DNA of 64,000 nt from Eledone cirrhosa (Eukaryota): NCBI GenBank assembly GCA_964016885.1, contig OZ024741.1, positions 137,826,001-137,890,000 on the forward strand, in the 5' to 3' direction. Position numbers and translations under genes: made by a program. Position 1 is the stretch's first letter. The number at the start of each line of letters is the position of its first letter. Shown in pieces: positions 40,426 to 52,945 of this stretch. Below the pieces are notes generated by a model that worked only from the letters and a program-made list of their open reading frames with translations, searched no databases and had not been told where the DNA came from.

Positions 40426-41102
40426 CCTGTATGTGTATGTATATTTATATTCTTTTTAAACACTAACCACAACTCTTAATTCTTTATAGTACAAATATCC
40501 CTTTAAGGATATATATAATTTACACCAAAGCCCCACCCCTAACCTATGATAACCTACTCTCCTTATCATTTTCTTCATTTTTCCTTTTTCTTTTTATTTA
40601 CGGCAAACCTCTGACCAACAGCGCCCCCCCCCCCCTAGTATAGAACCGCACTCTTTCATCTCCCATCACGCATAGCCAATAACCACCTCCACACTCACAC
40701 CCAGCATCTTCGCTTCACCACATACACGCTACAATGTCTACAATAAACCAAGACACCACACCCCCGCAACTCACATCAACGCCAGCTCCCCACCACTACC
40801 ATCTCGTCATTATCATCCTTCCCACCACCTATCACACATGACAAAATATTCCTTATAGCAAAACCACCAATCAATCGAAGCAACAGGAAGTGATCACCAT
40901 AAATGAATGTGAATCGTTGTCGACATTTTTAAGCTCTACAGGTTCATTCTGTCATTACCACAACAGTGGTCTGACGAGCCTTTGATTCCAGAGTCGGGCT
41001 AGATCGATACAGATCTAACATTGAGCTGATCCAATAGCGAAAGGTGCGTCACTACTCAATAAATGCAATGATGACATAACAAATCGTTCTTTTATTATTA
41101 TA
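39550..41102 (+). mobile_element. PLE-type non-autonomous element with an inverted terminal copy of its HHR and tail
   Basis: 39555-39666 is the reverse complement of ~40990-41100. The interior is non-coding and C/A-skewed. Confidence 0.7.
40965..41056 (+). ncRNA. HHR with extended (~60-nt) stem II
   Basis: AGTGGT-CTGACGA-GC...GC-GAAA-GGTGCG-TC-ACTACT. Confidence 0.75.
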
Positions 41103-41196
41103 TTTACACTCTGCTGAGTTCTAGACCTCTTTACAGACTGGAAACTACGCATTGAGTGCTCACTTGGGTGAACCTACAGTAACTGCAGGTTACACA

Positions 41197-41267
<71 letters not shown>

Positions 41268-41321
41268 TATATATTATATATATTTATATATAAATATAAT
41301 TATATATACATATATACACAC

Positions 41322-41383
<62 letters not shown>

Positions 41384-41916
41384 GCATATGCATATATTTG
41401 CATACCTATATTTACAAATTTACATATCGTCTTGTTAAAGATAAATGTATATATGTATAATGCTAACCCCCTGAGGATTTCTTATATTCTGGCGTTGTTA
41501 ATCACACATTTTATCATTCTATAGTTTCTGGTTTATAAGATATGTTCACCAGGGAATCCTTTCACTTAATAAAGGTTTAATTTTAGATTACGTTATACGG
41601 TTAGGAAGCTAATTGAGTTTTATGTCTGACTTAAATATATGTACTAAAATGTTCTTTCAGTAACATTCTAATAGTGTCGATTAGATACGTTAACATTTTG
41701 TCAATTTAAAAATATTTCTCAGCAATTATATTCGCATAAATGAATCTCAAATGCAATATAAACCTTTTGTTTTAATTTTTTACACGCGTTCCTACCCTGC
41801 TCTTTAATAAAATTCATATATTGTTCTCACCATATCTGTTATCAATCTTACGCTCCATCACAATCGTCTTCCATCGCCTTTTCTCTAATTCTCGATATAT
41901 CGTTTTACCCCCTCCC

Positions 41917-41950
<34 letters not shown>

Positions 41951-42137
41951 TAATAAAAACAATGAAAAAAAACAAAGAAACAGTTCCTTATATTAAAAAA
42001 CTCATCATTTTACGATCGTTTCTAGGATATATATGTGTGTGTTGGTATGTATATCATATAGATCTATGTAAAAATGTTACAAACTATCAGAGGGAATATA
42101 CACCCCTACACATATATATGCTGTCTTCCGAAATAAT

Positions 42138-42318
42138 TGTTTCTACTTTAGGCACAAGGCCAGCAATTACCCAGTGCATTACTGGTACTTTATTTTATCG
42201 ACCCCGTAAGGATGAAAGGCAAAGTCAACCTCGGCGGGATTTAAACTCAGATCGTAAAGGGACGTAACTATGCTGGAACGCATAGCGTCCGACCATCTAC
42301 CGATACTGCCAATCCACC
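42138..42318 (-). mobile_element. Full-length tRNA-derived SINE with ~18-bp target-site duplication
   Basis: Flanked by GCTGTCTTCCGAAATAAT (42120-42137) and GCTGTCTTCAGAAATAAT (42319-42336). Confidence 0.92.
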
Positions 42319-43390
42319 GCTGTCTTCAGAAATAATGATATTTGTTTATTGAAAAAAACCAACAAAGATTTAATATAATAGGTCTGTTTGGGAACAGGTT
42401 TTGAATTGACCAATAGAAAAGTAGTAAGTGGTCAAGTTGATAGAATAGTAGTAGTAGAAATTTAATTTAGAGGTAGAGGAATGCAGACTTCAGTTTTGAA
42501 TGGAAATAATATTTTGAATGAAAAGATTACTTTGGGGATGAAAAGAGGTAAAGCCGGTGAAAGGTACACGGAAATTTAATGTAAAAATCGAAGGAGAATA
42601 ACATTTTAGGATAAATGTGTTAGTGAGAAATACCAATCTTATTTAAAACATGAGGAATTTAGATCTATAAAAAGAAATTAAATTAATTTAATTGATAGGT
42701 ATACTTATAGGGATAAATTTATATTAATTCATATAGATGTGATAAATAAGAGTTAGGTGTTATTAAAGAATGTTGTTAAAAATGAAGGAAAACAATTTTT
42801 TGGGTGATAAATGTATTAGTGAGAAATAATAAACTTATATAGACTACAAGGAATTTAGATTCATAACAGGAAATTAAAATAGTTTATATGTATACTTATA
42901 GGTATTAATTTTAGGAAAAGATAGCTGTATATATATATATGTTGACTTTTGGAATATAGTTTAAGAGAAATTTGAAGATAATGGTATGATATGCACTCAA
43001 TATTTTGAACTGGTCTATAGAATTCTCTAGGCCTTTGTCACTAAGTAGAACCTTAAAGAATTATCTTTTAAAGAATTTCCCTTTTCTTTAAATCCATCAA
43101 CCATGACTGACCCCTAACGATCTGAAATATAGGCATTGTTATATAGACACCTGAAATATAGGCATTGTTAGCTTAAGAGAAACTTAAAAATAAGGAATGG
43201 CACCCCATTCTGAACTTGTTTATAGAATTCTTTCTGCCTTTGTTACTCTAAATATAAATGATAGCTTTAAAGAATTAGCTTTTAATGAATTCCCTTTTCT
43301 ATCAACCAATGACCTCTACCCATCCCACTCCCTACTCTCTCCTACCACCCGAAGAGACCTATAAATACCATATTTATTTTTTGATACCCA

Positions 43391-43430
43391 GATTCCTGAA
43401 GATTTCTAAAGAATGAAACAGTTCTAATCC
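43391..43430 (+). ncRNA. Degenerate HHR motif near the end of a repeat-containing unit (~42340-43525)
   Basis: GATTC-CTGAAGA-TTTC-TAAA-GAAT-GAAAC...AATC. The tail contains the ATTGAGTAC motif seen in other units and ends at (TA)n. Confidence 0.45.
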
Positions 43431-43864
43431 TGTAGAATCTCATCTATATTAAAACTGTTATACTCTGCTATGTATTGAGTACCTTACTTACTGTGGTTAC
43501 CTCCGATTAAACCCGTAATAACGTATATATATAGGTGTGGGTAAATATATAGTAGTGGGTAACTATATATATATATATAGGTTTGGGTAAAACGATATAT
43601 CGAGAATTAGAGAAAAGGCAATGGAAGATGATTGTGATGGAGCGTAAGATTGATAACAGATATGGTGAGAATTATATATGAATTTGAAGTGTAACGCGGA
43701 GTTACTATTCACCCGGGTGAGCACTCGATGTTTAGCTTCACGTCGGTATCGCGGTGTAGAGCTAGACACAGTGTAGTATAATAAAATAAATACATTTTAC
43801 ACACACACACACATACACACACACACACACACTCACATATATATTTTGTCATTACCACCACAGA

Positions 43865-43947
43865 GGTCTGACGAGCCATTGATTACAGAGTCAGGCTAGA
43901 TCGATACAGATCGAACCTTGAGCTGATCAATAGCGAAACGCGTCACC
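43865..43947 (+). ncRNA. HHR with extended stem II and intact core
   Basis: GGT-CTGACGA-GCCATTGATT...GATCAATAGC-GAAA-CGCG-TC-ACC. Confidence 0.88.
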
Positions 43948-44320
43948 AACCAATACACGTAATGAAGGTTTAACCATTCGTCGTGGTTTTATTTTGATAT
44001 ATATGCGCACTTATTTTCTGTTTTTAAACACGTATTTCTGAAACCTGGACTAGAAACTCATTTTGCATAAACGATCGCGCAATACCTGTCATAATATCTG
44101 TTGTGTTACATATGCATTGTCTTATGGACCCAACGTCTTATTTGTTACAAGTTCAACATGGCTACAACATACTTACATTCGTGCATACATATATTCACAT
44201 ATATAAAAATGTATATATATATATATCCAAAATTAAATTAAGGGTGTCATGTCCTAGAGACATGCGACATATCTACCGTAGAATAAGCTCAAAGATTCCA
44301 ATGAATAGATCCGAGCATTT

Positions 44321-44644
44321 TATATCAACTAGAAATTGATTGTCATATATATATATATATATAAAATAAGCACATGAAACAATTACAGGGGAGGGTTTGT
44401 AAAGTGTGTAAGCACACACAGCTAGGTTGGTAACTAATTAAAGTTTAACTAGAACTTCAAATATAGATACCTTTGAAAATGATTAATCTGATTAATCATT
44501 TTAAAAGGTATCTATATTTGAAGTTCTAGTTAAACTTTAATTAGTTACCTACTTACGTGTGTGGTTACACACTTTACAAACCCTCCCCTGTGATTGTTTC
44601 ATGTGCTTATTTTAGATAGATATATATGTCAATCAATTTATAGT

Positions 44645-44652
<8 letters not shown>
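44321..44652. repeat. ~165-bp-arm palindrome with 1-nt spacer
   Basis: Centre GATTAATC-T-GATTAATC at 44481-44497; the arms are reverse complements with few mismatches. Confidence 0.92.
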
Positions 44653-44678
<26 letters not shown>

Positions 44679-45902
44679 CGTTTATGAATTTGTTCTTTGT
44701 CAAAAGTAGAAACAATTATTGAAATAATGACGTTAATGATAAAATGAGAGGGACAATTCTTTTAAAAAAAGTTTTATAATGTATATAAAGTATATAAAGC
44801 ATTACCGGTTTCGATGTATTATCAAAATTCATCTTATCAAATGTTGAGTATTGAAATAGAAAATTAAAAAGAATTAATAGGAGTTAAAAACTAAAAATTA
44901 AAGAATTAAAATTAAAATCAAATGTTGGAGTAAGTTTGTTTCTCATCTTTTTTGCTCAAAATTTGAATAGAGAGGTCGTAGTGAAGATAGCAGCAGCACA
45001 AATTTGTTTTTTAGGGGCTAAGGAAACATCATGTAAATATGTGTGTGTTAATTGACTGGTCAAAAGTTCAAAAGGGAATTGTAAGCTAGAAGTAAATTCT
45101 ATGGCAACAGCAGGAGTGTAAGAGTGTAAGAGAAATTCTATTATTGGAATATGGTTTCCAGGGAGTATGTGTATATATAGTGTGAGGGTGTATATATAAT
45201 AATACACGCGTGTGTGTGTTTTTTTTTCAGCCTGTCAGTCATAGTCCGTTTAGCAATACACAAATATGTGTGTGTGGGGTGTGTGTGTGATTTTTCAGTC
45301 TGTCACAGATCCCTTTGTGGTGGGAAATTAAAAAAAAAATTTCTTCAAAATTCAAAAAAATCCCCCAAACTTAAAAATTCCTTCAGAATTTGGGCCGAGG
45401 GTTATGGCGTGTGTGTGTGTTTTCCGTCTGTCTGTCACAGGTCCCTTTGTGGTGGGAATTAAAAAAATTCTTCAAACTTCAAAATAAACTTTCCAAAAAA
45501 TAATAAAAAAGACATTTCTCTCAAAATCCAAAGGATTATCAAAATCTAAAAATTAAAAAAAACTTTGATTTTAATTTTTTGTTTTTAACTCCTATTAATT
45601 CTTTTAAATTTTCTATTTCAATGCTCAACACTTGTTAAGATGAATTTTAATAATACATTGAAACCGGTAATACTTTATATACATTATAAACTTGTTTTAA
45701 AAAGAATTGTCCCTCTCATTTTTTCATTAATGTCATTATTTCAATGTCATTTTGACGAATCAAAGAAAGGATAAAAAAAGAAAAACAGACCCTTAAATAT
45801 ATTTTCCGTGCTATTCCCAACTTCACATTTTCTCTATAACCATTGTTTTGTATAGAACCTTACTTCCCTTTTCTAATATATCAAACTACACAAATCCGGA
45901 AA

Positions 45903-48265
45903 ATGGCCCTGGAACCCGATAACACAACTACAAATATAACTGAAAAAATCCTTAACGTTTTACAAAAGATAAACGGTAAACTCACAATCCCTACAGAAAA
46001 ATTTAATAAACCACAAAACTCCACATTGGCTGATAACAACGAAGACAATTTTACCACAACCAATAACCAATTCAACCTAAAGATACAGTACTTATGCAAC
46101 TCCATGGAAAAACTTATAAACGTTAAAACAGAACAAGAAACCTCACACCACATTAAAAATTAAATTGGACACTTTTGGAAAAAACAATTGAAAACAAGAA
46201 AATTCACTTTCTGGAATATGGTGAAAACTATGAACAAAGCTGGAATCTATGAAAAATGGATCAACTCCACACCAATATTCTTACCCCGTAAATTCCAATT
46301 AAAACTAATGAACCTGAACAACGACGGAAACTACGAGAAGAAATGTCACTCAACAAAATAAATATGGAAATAGAAATCTTAAAATTAAGAGCCACCTCCA
46401 ATGAACAAAAATACCAGGATATCGACCAACGAATGGAAATAGAATGTGCGAAACACACTGAAGGACCAACCCTTCAAAACTTAATTAAATCATGGAAACA
46501 GGACTGCGAGAATGCAGAACTAATCTCATTAAACGATGGGAAAAATCTGAAAATTGGTTCCTCAAATATGAAGAGGATTTCAAAGCAATGCATCGCACAG
46601 ATAACTCCTTTACAATGAAATTAAACAAAACTTAGTGACATGCATACTTCCAGCCCCAACACACTTAAACCACAGACAAAACCCCACTCGACACAGACCA
46701 AATACAACAAAATACAACATCAACACTATGCATCTCAGAAGGAACCCACTCAGACGACATGAACCCATAACAGAACTCTTACACAATAACAACTACAACA
46801 GAAACCACTCCCATCATTAACTCTCATGAAAAAACAAACTACAGACCCATACAAAACAGACAAGCAGACTACAATTACAACCAAAAAAAAAAACATTCCT
46901 TTTTTAGGAACAAGACTGAAATACCAGGACACCCGATGGCCCCCACTCATGAGAAGTCGAAGATAATTAACCTTTTAAAGATATCACTAACTAACACACA
47001 AATTAACATATTAAGTAAGGGACTGAAATGTACACCCACACCACAAAAATCTAACTTCCCTGAAATGAAAGATGACATCATGGAATTTTTGCCGAAAACT
47101 CAGACTAATAGAATACTTCTCCAATGACACCAACACTGATGACGAATCAATACTCTGAAACAAAAGTGATTTCTGCCCACAGAAAGGGAGGAATACAGCA
47201 CTGGAAACCTACTGCAAACGCACCATCAACTTTCCCTATGAACAAATTGCAAATAGACACACACAATCGAACCTCTCCAAATACGAATGGAAAGAATTAT
47301 TCACACTGTGAAATAACACTGAAATAACCATCAAAGAAGTCGATAAAGGGAGCACTGTGGTCATTATGGACACTGACTACTATAGAGACCTGGCACTCAA
47401 AATCTTAGACGACAACAAGTACTACGAAAAAACAGTAAACTACAAACAAACTAAAACAATGGGGAATCTCCTAGCATCACTGCAAAAATACCGCAGTAAC
47501 CTACCCACAAAAGAATTTGAATACATTTCAAATGTATTACAAATGTAATTTCTGCGGCTTACCGAAGATACATAAATGTAAACTCATAAGCACTGTATAT
47601 GACACTTCGACTAACAAATACATACAATTAACACCACCAGAAGACTTAAAACTCAGACCAAATATAGCAGGCCCTGCAGATGCAACCCACATACTTAGCA
47701 ACTTCATGGAGATCCTACTAAGGCCCTTACTAAAACATATAACAGAGCTACATACGGCATGACGTTGATATGCTGAACCACCTACCCAAAATAGTATGTG
47801 AAAAACACTATTCTTGTCTCCTTTGACGTAGCAAACCTCTACAATAACATACCGCAATAACTATGGAATAACAGCAATTCAGTATTGGCTAGACACTCAC
47901 CAATCTGAAATACCAACACGCATCAACAAAAACTTCATTATTGATGGACTCCGATTTATTTTACAGAATAATTTCTTTACTTTAAATGACTCAACATACC
48001 GACAAATCTCAGGAATGCAATGGGCACAAAGGTAGCCCCCACATACGCCAACTTAGTCATGGGATTCCACGATCAACAAATCTACAACCAATCCCTTTTA
48101 TTATTCGGAGACTCTTTCCTTACACATCTCAAAAATAATTGGAAAAGATACCTAGACGATTGCTTCATACTATGGCACGAAGACATGAATACACTCACTC
48201 TTATCAAAAATAGGATTAACATTATCAATAATATACAATTCACAATGGAATCCAACTCCAAGGAA
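45903..48265 (+). pseudogene. Penelope-type reverse transcriptase (disrupted; thumb and GIY-YIG portion missing)
   Basis: ILSKGLKCTPTP, IKEVDKGSTVVIMD, GLPKIHK, LRPNIAG, VSFDVANLYNNIP, MGTKVAPTYANLVMG, WKRYLDDCF, IQFTME. Confidence 0.92.
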
Positions 48266-48590
48266 AGTTTATTTTTTTATTTTTGAACAGTTTTTTTGAA
48301 AAGATTTTTGAAAAGTTTTTTTGAATTTTGAAGATTTTTTTAATTTCCCACCACAAAGGGACCTGTGACAGACAGACGGAAAAAGAACAAAAAACACCCT
48401 CCCACCAATTTTGAAGGAATCTTTAAGTTTTTGGAAATTTTTTGAATTTTGAAGAAAAATCTATTGTGACAGACTGAAAAACACACACACAAAATATACA
48501 TATGTGTGTATTGCTAAAGGGACTATGACAGACAGGTAGAAACCACACACACACGCGTGTATTGTTGTATATACACCCTCACATTATATA

Positions 48591-48770
48591 TTGGCAGTTT
48601 CGGTAGAAGGTCGGACGCCATGCTTTCCAGCATAGTTACGTCCCTTTATGATCTGAGTTCAAATCCCGCCGAGGTTGACTTTGCCTTTCATCCTTACGGG
48701 GTCGATAAAATAAAGTACCAGTAATGCACTGGGTAATTTGCTGGCCTTGTGCCTAAAGTAGAAACAATTA
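48591..48770 (+). mobile_element. tRNA-derived SINE inserted into the right pLTR
   Basis: Same family as 42138. Absent from the equivalent position of the left arm (~45170-45185). Confidence 0.92.
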
Positions 48771-49134
48771 TATATATATATACACACTCCCTAAAACCAT
48801 ATTCCAATAATAGAATTTCGCTTACACTCCTGCAGCTGCCATAGAATTTACTTCTAGCTTACAATTCGCTTTTGAACTTTTGACCAGTCAATTAACACAC
48901 ACATATTTACATGATGTTTCCTTAGCCCCTAAAAAACAAATTTGTTCTGTCAAGAAACCTAGCTGCTGCTATCTTCACTACCACCTCTCTATTAACAAGA
49001 ACTCATTCTCCAGCCAAACTTTGAGCCAGAAAGATGGGAAAAAAATTTACTCCAACATTTGATTTTAATTTCAATTCTTTAATTTTTAGTTTTTAACTCC
49101 TATTAATTCTTTTTAATTTTCTATTTCAATAGTC

Positions 49135-49182
49135 AACATTTGATAAGATGAGTTTTGATAATACATCGAAACCGGTAATGCT
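49135..49182 (+). ncRNA. HHR variant with TTGATAA core (other copies at 44798-44845 minus and 45627-45674 plus)
   Basis: CAT-TTGATAA-GATG...CATC-GAAA-CCGG-TA-ATG. Confidence 0.65.
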
Positions 49183-49765
49183 TTATATACTTTATATAAA
49201 TTATAAAACATTTTTTAAAAAAGAATTGTCCCTCTCATTTTTTCATTAATGTCATTAATATATTTTCCGGGTTATTTCCAGCTTCATCTTTTCTATATAT
49301 CCACTGTTTTGTATAGAACCTTACTTCCCTTTTCTAATATATATATATATATATATACGTGGCAACAGATTATTGTTATAGGTAGTCCACTTAAGCGTAG
49401 TCCAGTTATGGTACTCCGGGTAGTGGATGATATCAACGCTTGGCTAAGTTTGACACAACAAGGCGTTTCCATAGTAATGTTATTTCAAATAATTTATTGC
49501 TAGCATTGTTAGTATTGTTGTTATTGTTCTGATTGATTGCCATTACTACTATATATAATAGCCATGCCTGTATATTCTCACAAGCTCCGATGAATTGACT
49601 TGTTATATCTTTGTATTGGTGATCGAATGACGTGAAAACAAGCGGGTAGCGATCTCTAGACCTACCAGTTCAGAGAAACAATTGTCAGCAATGAGATTAA
49701 AAACCTTTTTTGTATAGCAAACCGTGTCACTCTTCTTTCCTGATTTATATATATATATATATTTA

Positions 49766-49945
49766 TATATTATAAAGTGTTGAGATGGGAACCGACGGCT
49801 GAGCTCTTGCTATTTCAACGTTGAAACGGCAAGAGCTCAGCCGTTGGGGCCCGACTCTTTATAATATAACCATAATACCCTAAATATCGAGTACTTTGTT
49901 GAGTAATGGGCTAACTAGTTTCAAACTGAATCCATCCTATTTTAT
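49766..49945 (+). mobile_element. Fold-back mini element related to 8395-8602
   Basis: Hairpin 49766-49868 centred on TTTCAACGTTGAAA. Right arm GAAACGGCAAGAGCTCAGCCGTTGGGG; tail ATCGAGTACTTTG; (TA)n on both sides. Confidence 0.75.
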
Positions 49946-50007
<62 letters not shown>

Positions 50008-50259
50008 ATATATATATTAATGTAATCTGAGTTTTTCGAATAATATTCGATTCGTTTGCTATTATGCAAACAGCCTCTTTTAAGTCATGTCAGTAGAATG
50101 AGACCCTCATTCTTGCTCTTGTGTTTATTGTATTCAGCAATGTAGAGTGATAACTTTTTTATGGGTAGTTATATATATATATAAATATATAAATATATAT
50201 ATATGTGTGTGTGTGTTTGTATATATATATATATGTGTGTGTTTATATATATATATATA

Positions 50260-50300
<41 letters not shown>

Positions 50301-51281
50301 GTGAGTCCGTGTCTATATGTAATCACGGGGACAACACCGGCCACGTCTATCACATGCAAACAATGTTGATTATTTTTTGAAAATGAGCATATTTTTATTT
50401 TGGATACGCTACAACACTTGATGTGATTGGAATATTAAATTTCCGCTATCATTCAGCGTTGGCGCGTGCGCGCGCGCGCACACACACACACACGTATATA
50501 TGTACATATATATATATATATATTTGAGTATGGGTGTTTATAAAATAGACGTTGATTTAGTTATGATTCACTAAAAAATAAAAAAAATTATTGAAAACCT
50601 GTAACATAATACAAGACATCTTCGAGAATATCGTGTTTTAGTATTCTGAGAAAATGGAAACTTTGAAAGAAATTGAATCTGACTAATAAATATTTGAAAA
50701 TGACATGGACATTTCCTAAATCGATATTGCATGATAATACTTTCTATACGTAAATCTGGGATTGACATATATTATTGTTTTCTGTTATAGGCAGCTTACT
50801 CCCAAGATGTAGTATTTCTTTCTACGACACATGCATTACAGTAAGGTTGATTGATTAACATAAAAAAAAACATGGGTTTCTAAGTAAGTTAACTTTGAAT
50901 TATTTTTCCTCTTCCTTTGTTATACAACAAACAGTGTTCTCGTTACGCCCCTGATCTAATATTTTGCAGCAGGGCACTGCTTGCCATCGCCATCAACGCA
51001 ATATAATTCCCTTTTTTGAAAAGAAAGCCCTAACCTCGAAATATGATGTATAAGACATAAGTTTGTAGAGTTGTAACTTATTGTATACCACCGTTCATCC
51101 TTCTATTTCTAATTTGCATTGTGTCAGCTTTCCCAAGACGATCTTAACCACATATCTAACATTCAGACGAACATAGTAGGATATGACATGCATATATGTA
51201 TGTATATATATATATATATAATGTGTGTGTGTGTGTGCATATATATATATATATTCTGTAAATTATACTTTCTCTCTCTCA

Positions 51282-51332
<51 letters not shown>

Positions 51333-51448
51333 CATATATATATAGAGAGAGAGAGTGAGAGAGTGAAAGTAGAATTTACACACCTAAATAACATACACAC
51401 TCACACATACCACAAACATAGATACATGCATACACACGCTAGCCCACG

Positions 51449-51483
<35 letters not shown>

Positions 51484-51484
<1 letters not shown>

Positions 51485-51668
51485 ATTGTTTCTACTTTAG
51501 GCACAAGGCCATCAATTACCCAGTGCATTACTGGTACTTTATTTTATCGACCCCGTAAGGATGAAAGGCAAAGTGAACCTCGGCGGGATTTGAACTCAGA
51601 CCGTAAAGGGACGTAACTATGCTGGAAAGCATAGCGTCCGACTCTCTACCGATACTGCCAATCCACCA
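51484..51668 (-). mobile_element. tRNA-derived SINE
   Basis: Near-identical to 42138-42318; its 3' end abuts (TA)n. Confidence 0.92.
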
Positions 51669-52519
51669 TTTACACACCTACACGCACTCACACACGGGTG
51701 CATATTATATATATATATATAATATGCACCCGTGTGTGAGTGCGTGTTCTATAATATACGTATTCTTATATCCATTTAAACAAGGCCCCATTGAACTGAC
51801 TGAATTCAATAAATTGCTCCTACAATTGTGTACAATCACTGAACAGCGTAGGGCTAATATAATTTTCTTAACTTTAGCAGTGACTGACTACTACATAAAC
51901 TACCCCGTCTTTATTATCTACTATGGCCTATAATGTTCTTCCTGTAGCTTATTTGTGTTCTTGTTGAAAACTATAATTTATTTTTATATCATTTCTTCTC
52001 ATTCACTTGCTATTCTAAGCAACAATATATGCCATTTATGTTTTTGTCTCTCAGAGTTACCTCTTAATTGATCATTAGATCATTATTATATATTTCTTTA
52101 GTTCAATTGCTTATATCGTCTAGCTAACAATCATCGAAATACCTCCCACTCCATATCACGTGAAATAAACACCATATATCACCTATACATCGTTCAGTAT
52201 TTCTTTTATTTTATTTTCCATCGGTTCACACAATCACCCGTTTGTTTATTTAACTTACAAACCGTCCGATGATAAGGTTTGTGTGTGTAGATGTGTGTAA
52301 GTGTGTTCGTGTGCATCAGATAATGGCTATATGTATATATGTATGCGTGTGACAGGGTGCCTATGTGAAACGGAATGTGTGTATACGTGTTATACATTCA
52401 AGTACCCAATCCAATATGTTTTCATTTTCTTCCTCTTCTTCATACATTCGTCGCTTCAACTCGTTGAATATATCCATCCCCCCATTACAAAGTTCGGTAT
52501 CAAATGTCTGTCAAATAGC

Positions 52520-52945
52520 CAGCAATTAAACAGTCAAATACCTCTCCATATCCAAAGATACCAAATAAAAAAAAATAATATATATGTTAAAAAAGTATCC
52601 ACAGGGACATTCTCCTTAGTCAGATTATTAAAAAATGAATTAGCAGCAATCCTTCAGGTGTCCCACTTCAAAATATGTATATCATTGCCCAAGATAATAA
52701 TTACAGTTGCTCAAAGACGGTTACGATTTGTAGGACATTGATGGATAAGTAAGCAGGAAGTTATACACAAGTTACTATTGCGGGAACCAACTCAGGAAAG
52801 GCAGTAGCTGAAGACCGGATCCAATCTTCATCGATCACCTCTCACACTGTACACACCTCAGTAGAGAGCAGTTGCTAAGAGCAATGGAAGATCTTGAATT
52901 GTGGAGCGACTTTATCAGAAATGTTCGACTGTTGTCGCTTTAATG
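52520..52945 (+). mobile_element. Decayed RTE-like LINE 3' fragment
   Basis: LPKIIITVAQRRLRFVGH*WISKQEVIHKLLLREP resembles RTE C-termini. Confidence 0.55.

Larger units (their letters stand above)
41812..43683. repeat. ~100-bp inverted repeat pair (41812-41909 and 43585-43683) bracketing nested insertions
   Basis: TTCTCACCATATCTGTTATCAATCTTACGCTCCATCACAATC...GATATATCGTTTTACCC recurs as its reverse complement. Confidence 0.85.
44720..49340 (+). mobile_element. Penelope-like element: inverted long pLTR (44720-~45500), short direct pLTR (~45565-45880), RT ORF, 3' pLTR (~48290-49340)
   Basis: Left arm is the reverse complement of ~48290-49260. Segment 45565-45880 directly repeats 49060-49340. 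An HHR-like motif is present in all three copies, and the element ends at (TA)n. Confidence 0.9.

Noticed and set aside
42138-42318. A/B boxes suggesting tRNA genes
   Set aside because: No complete cloverleaf; multi-copy with a shared core, tail and TSD, so these are SINEs.
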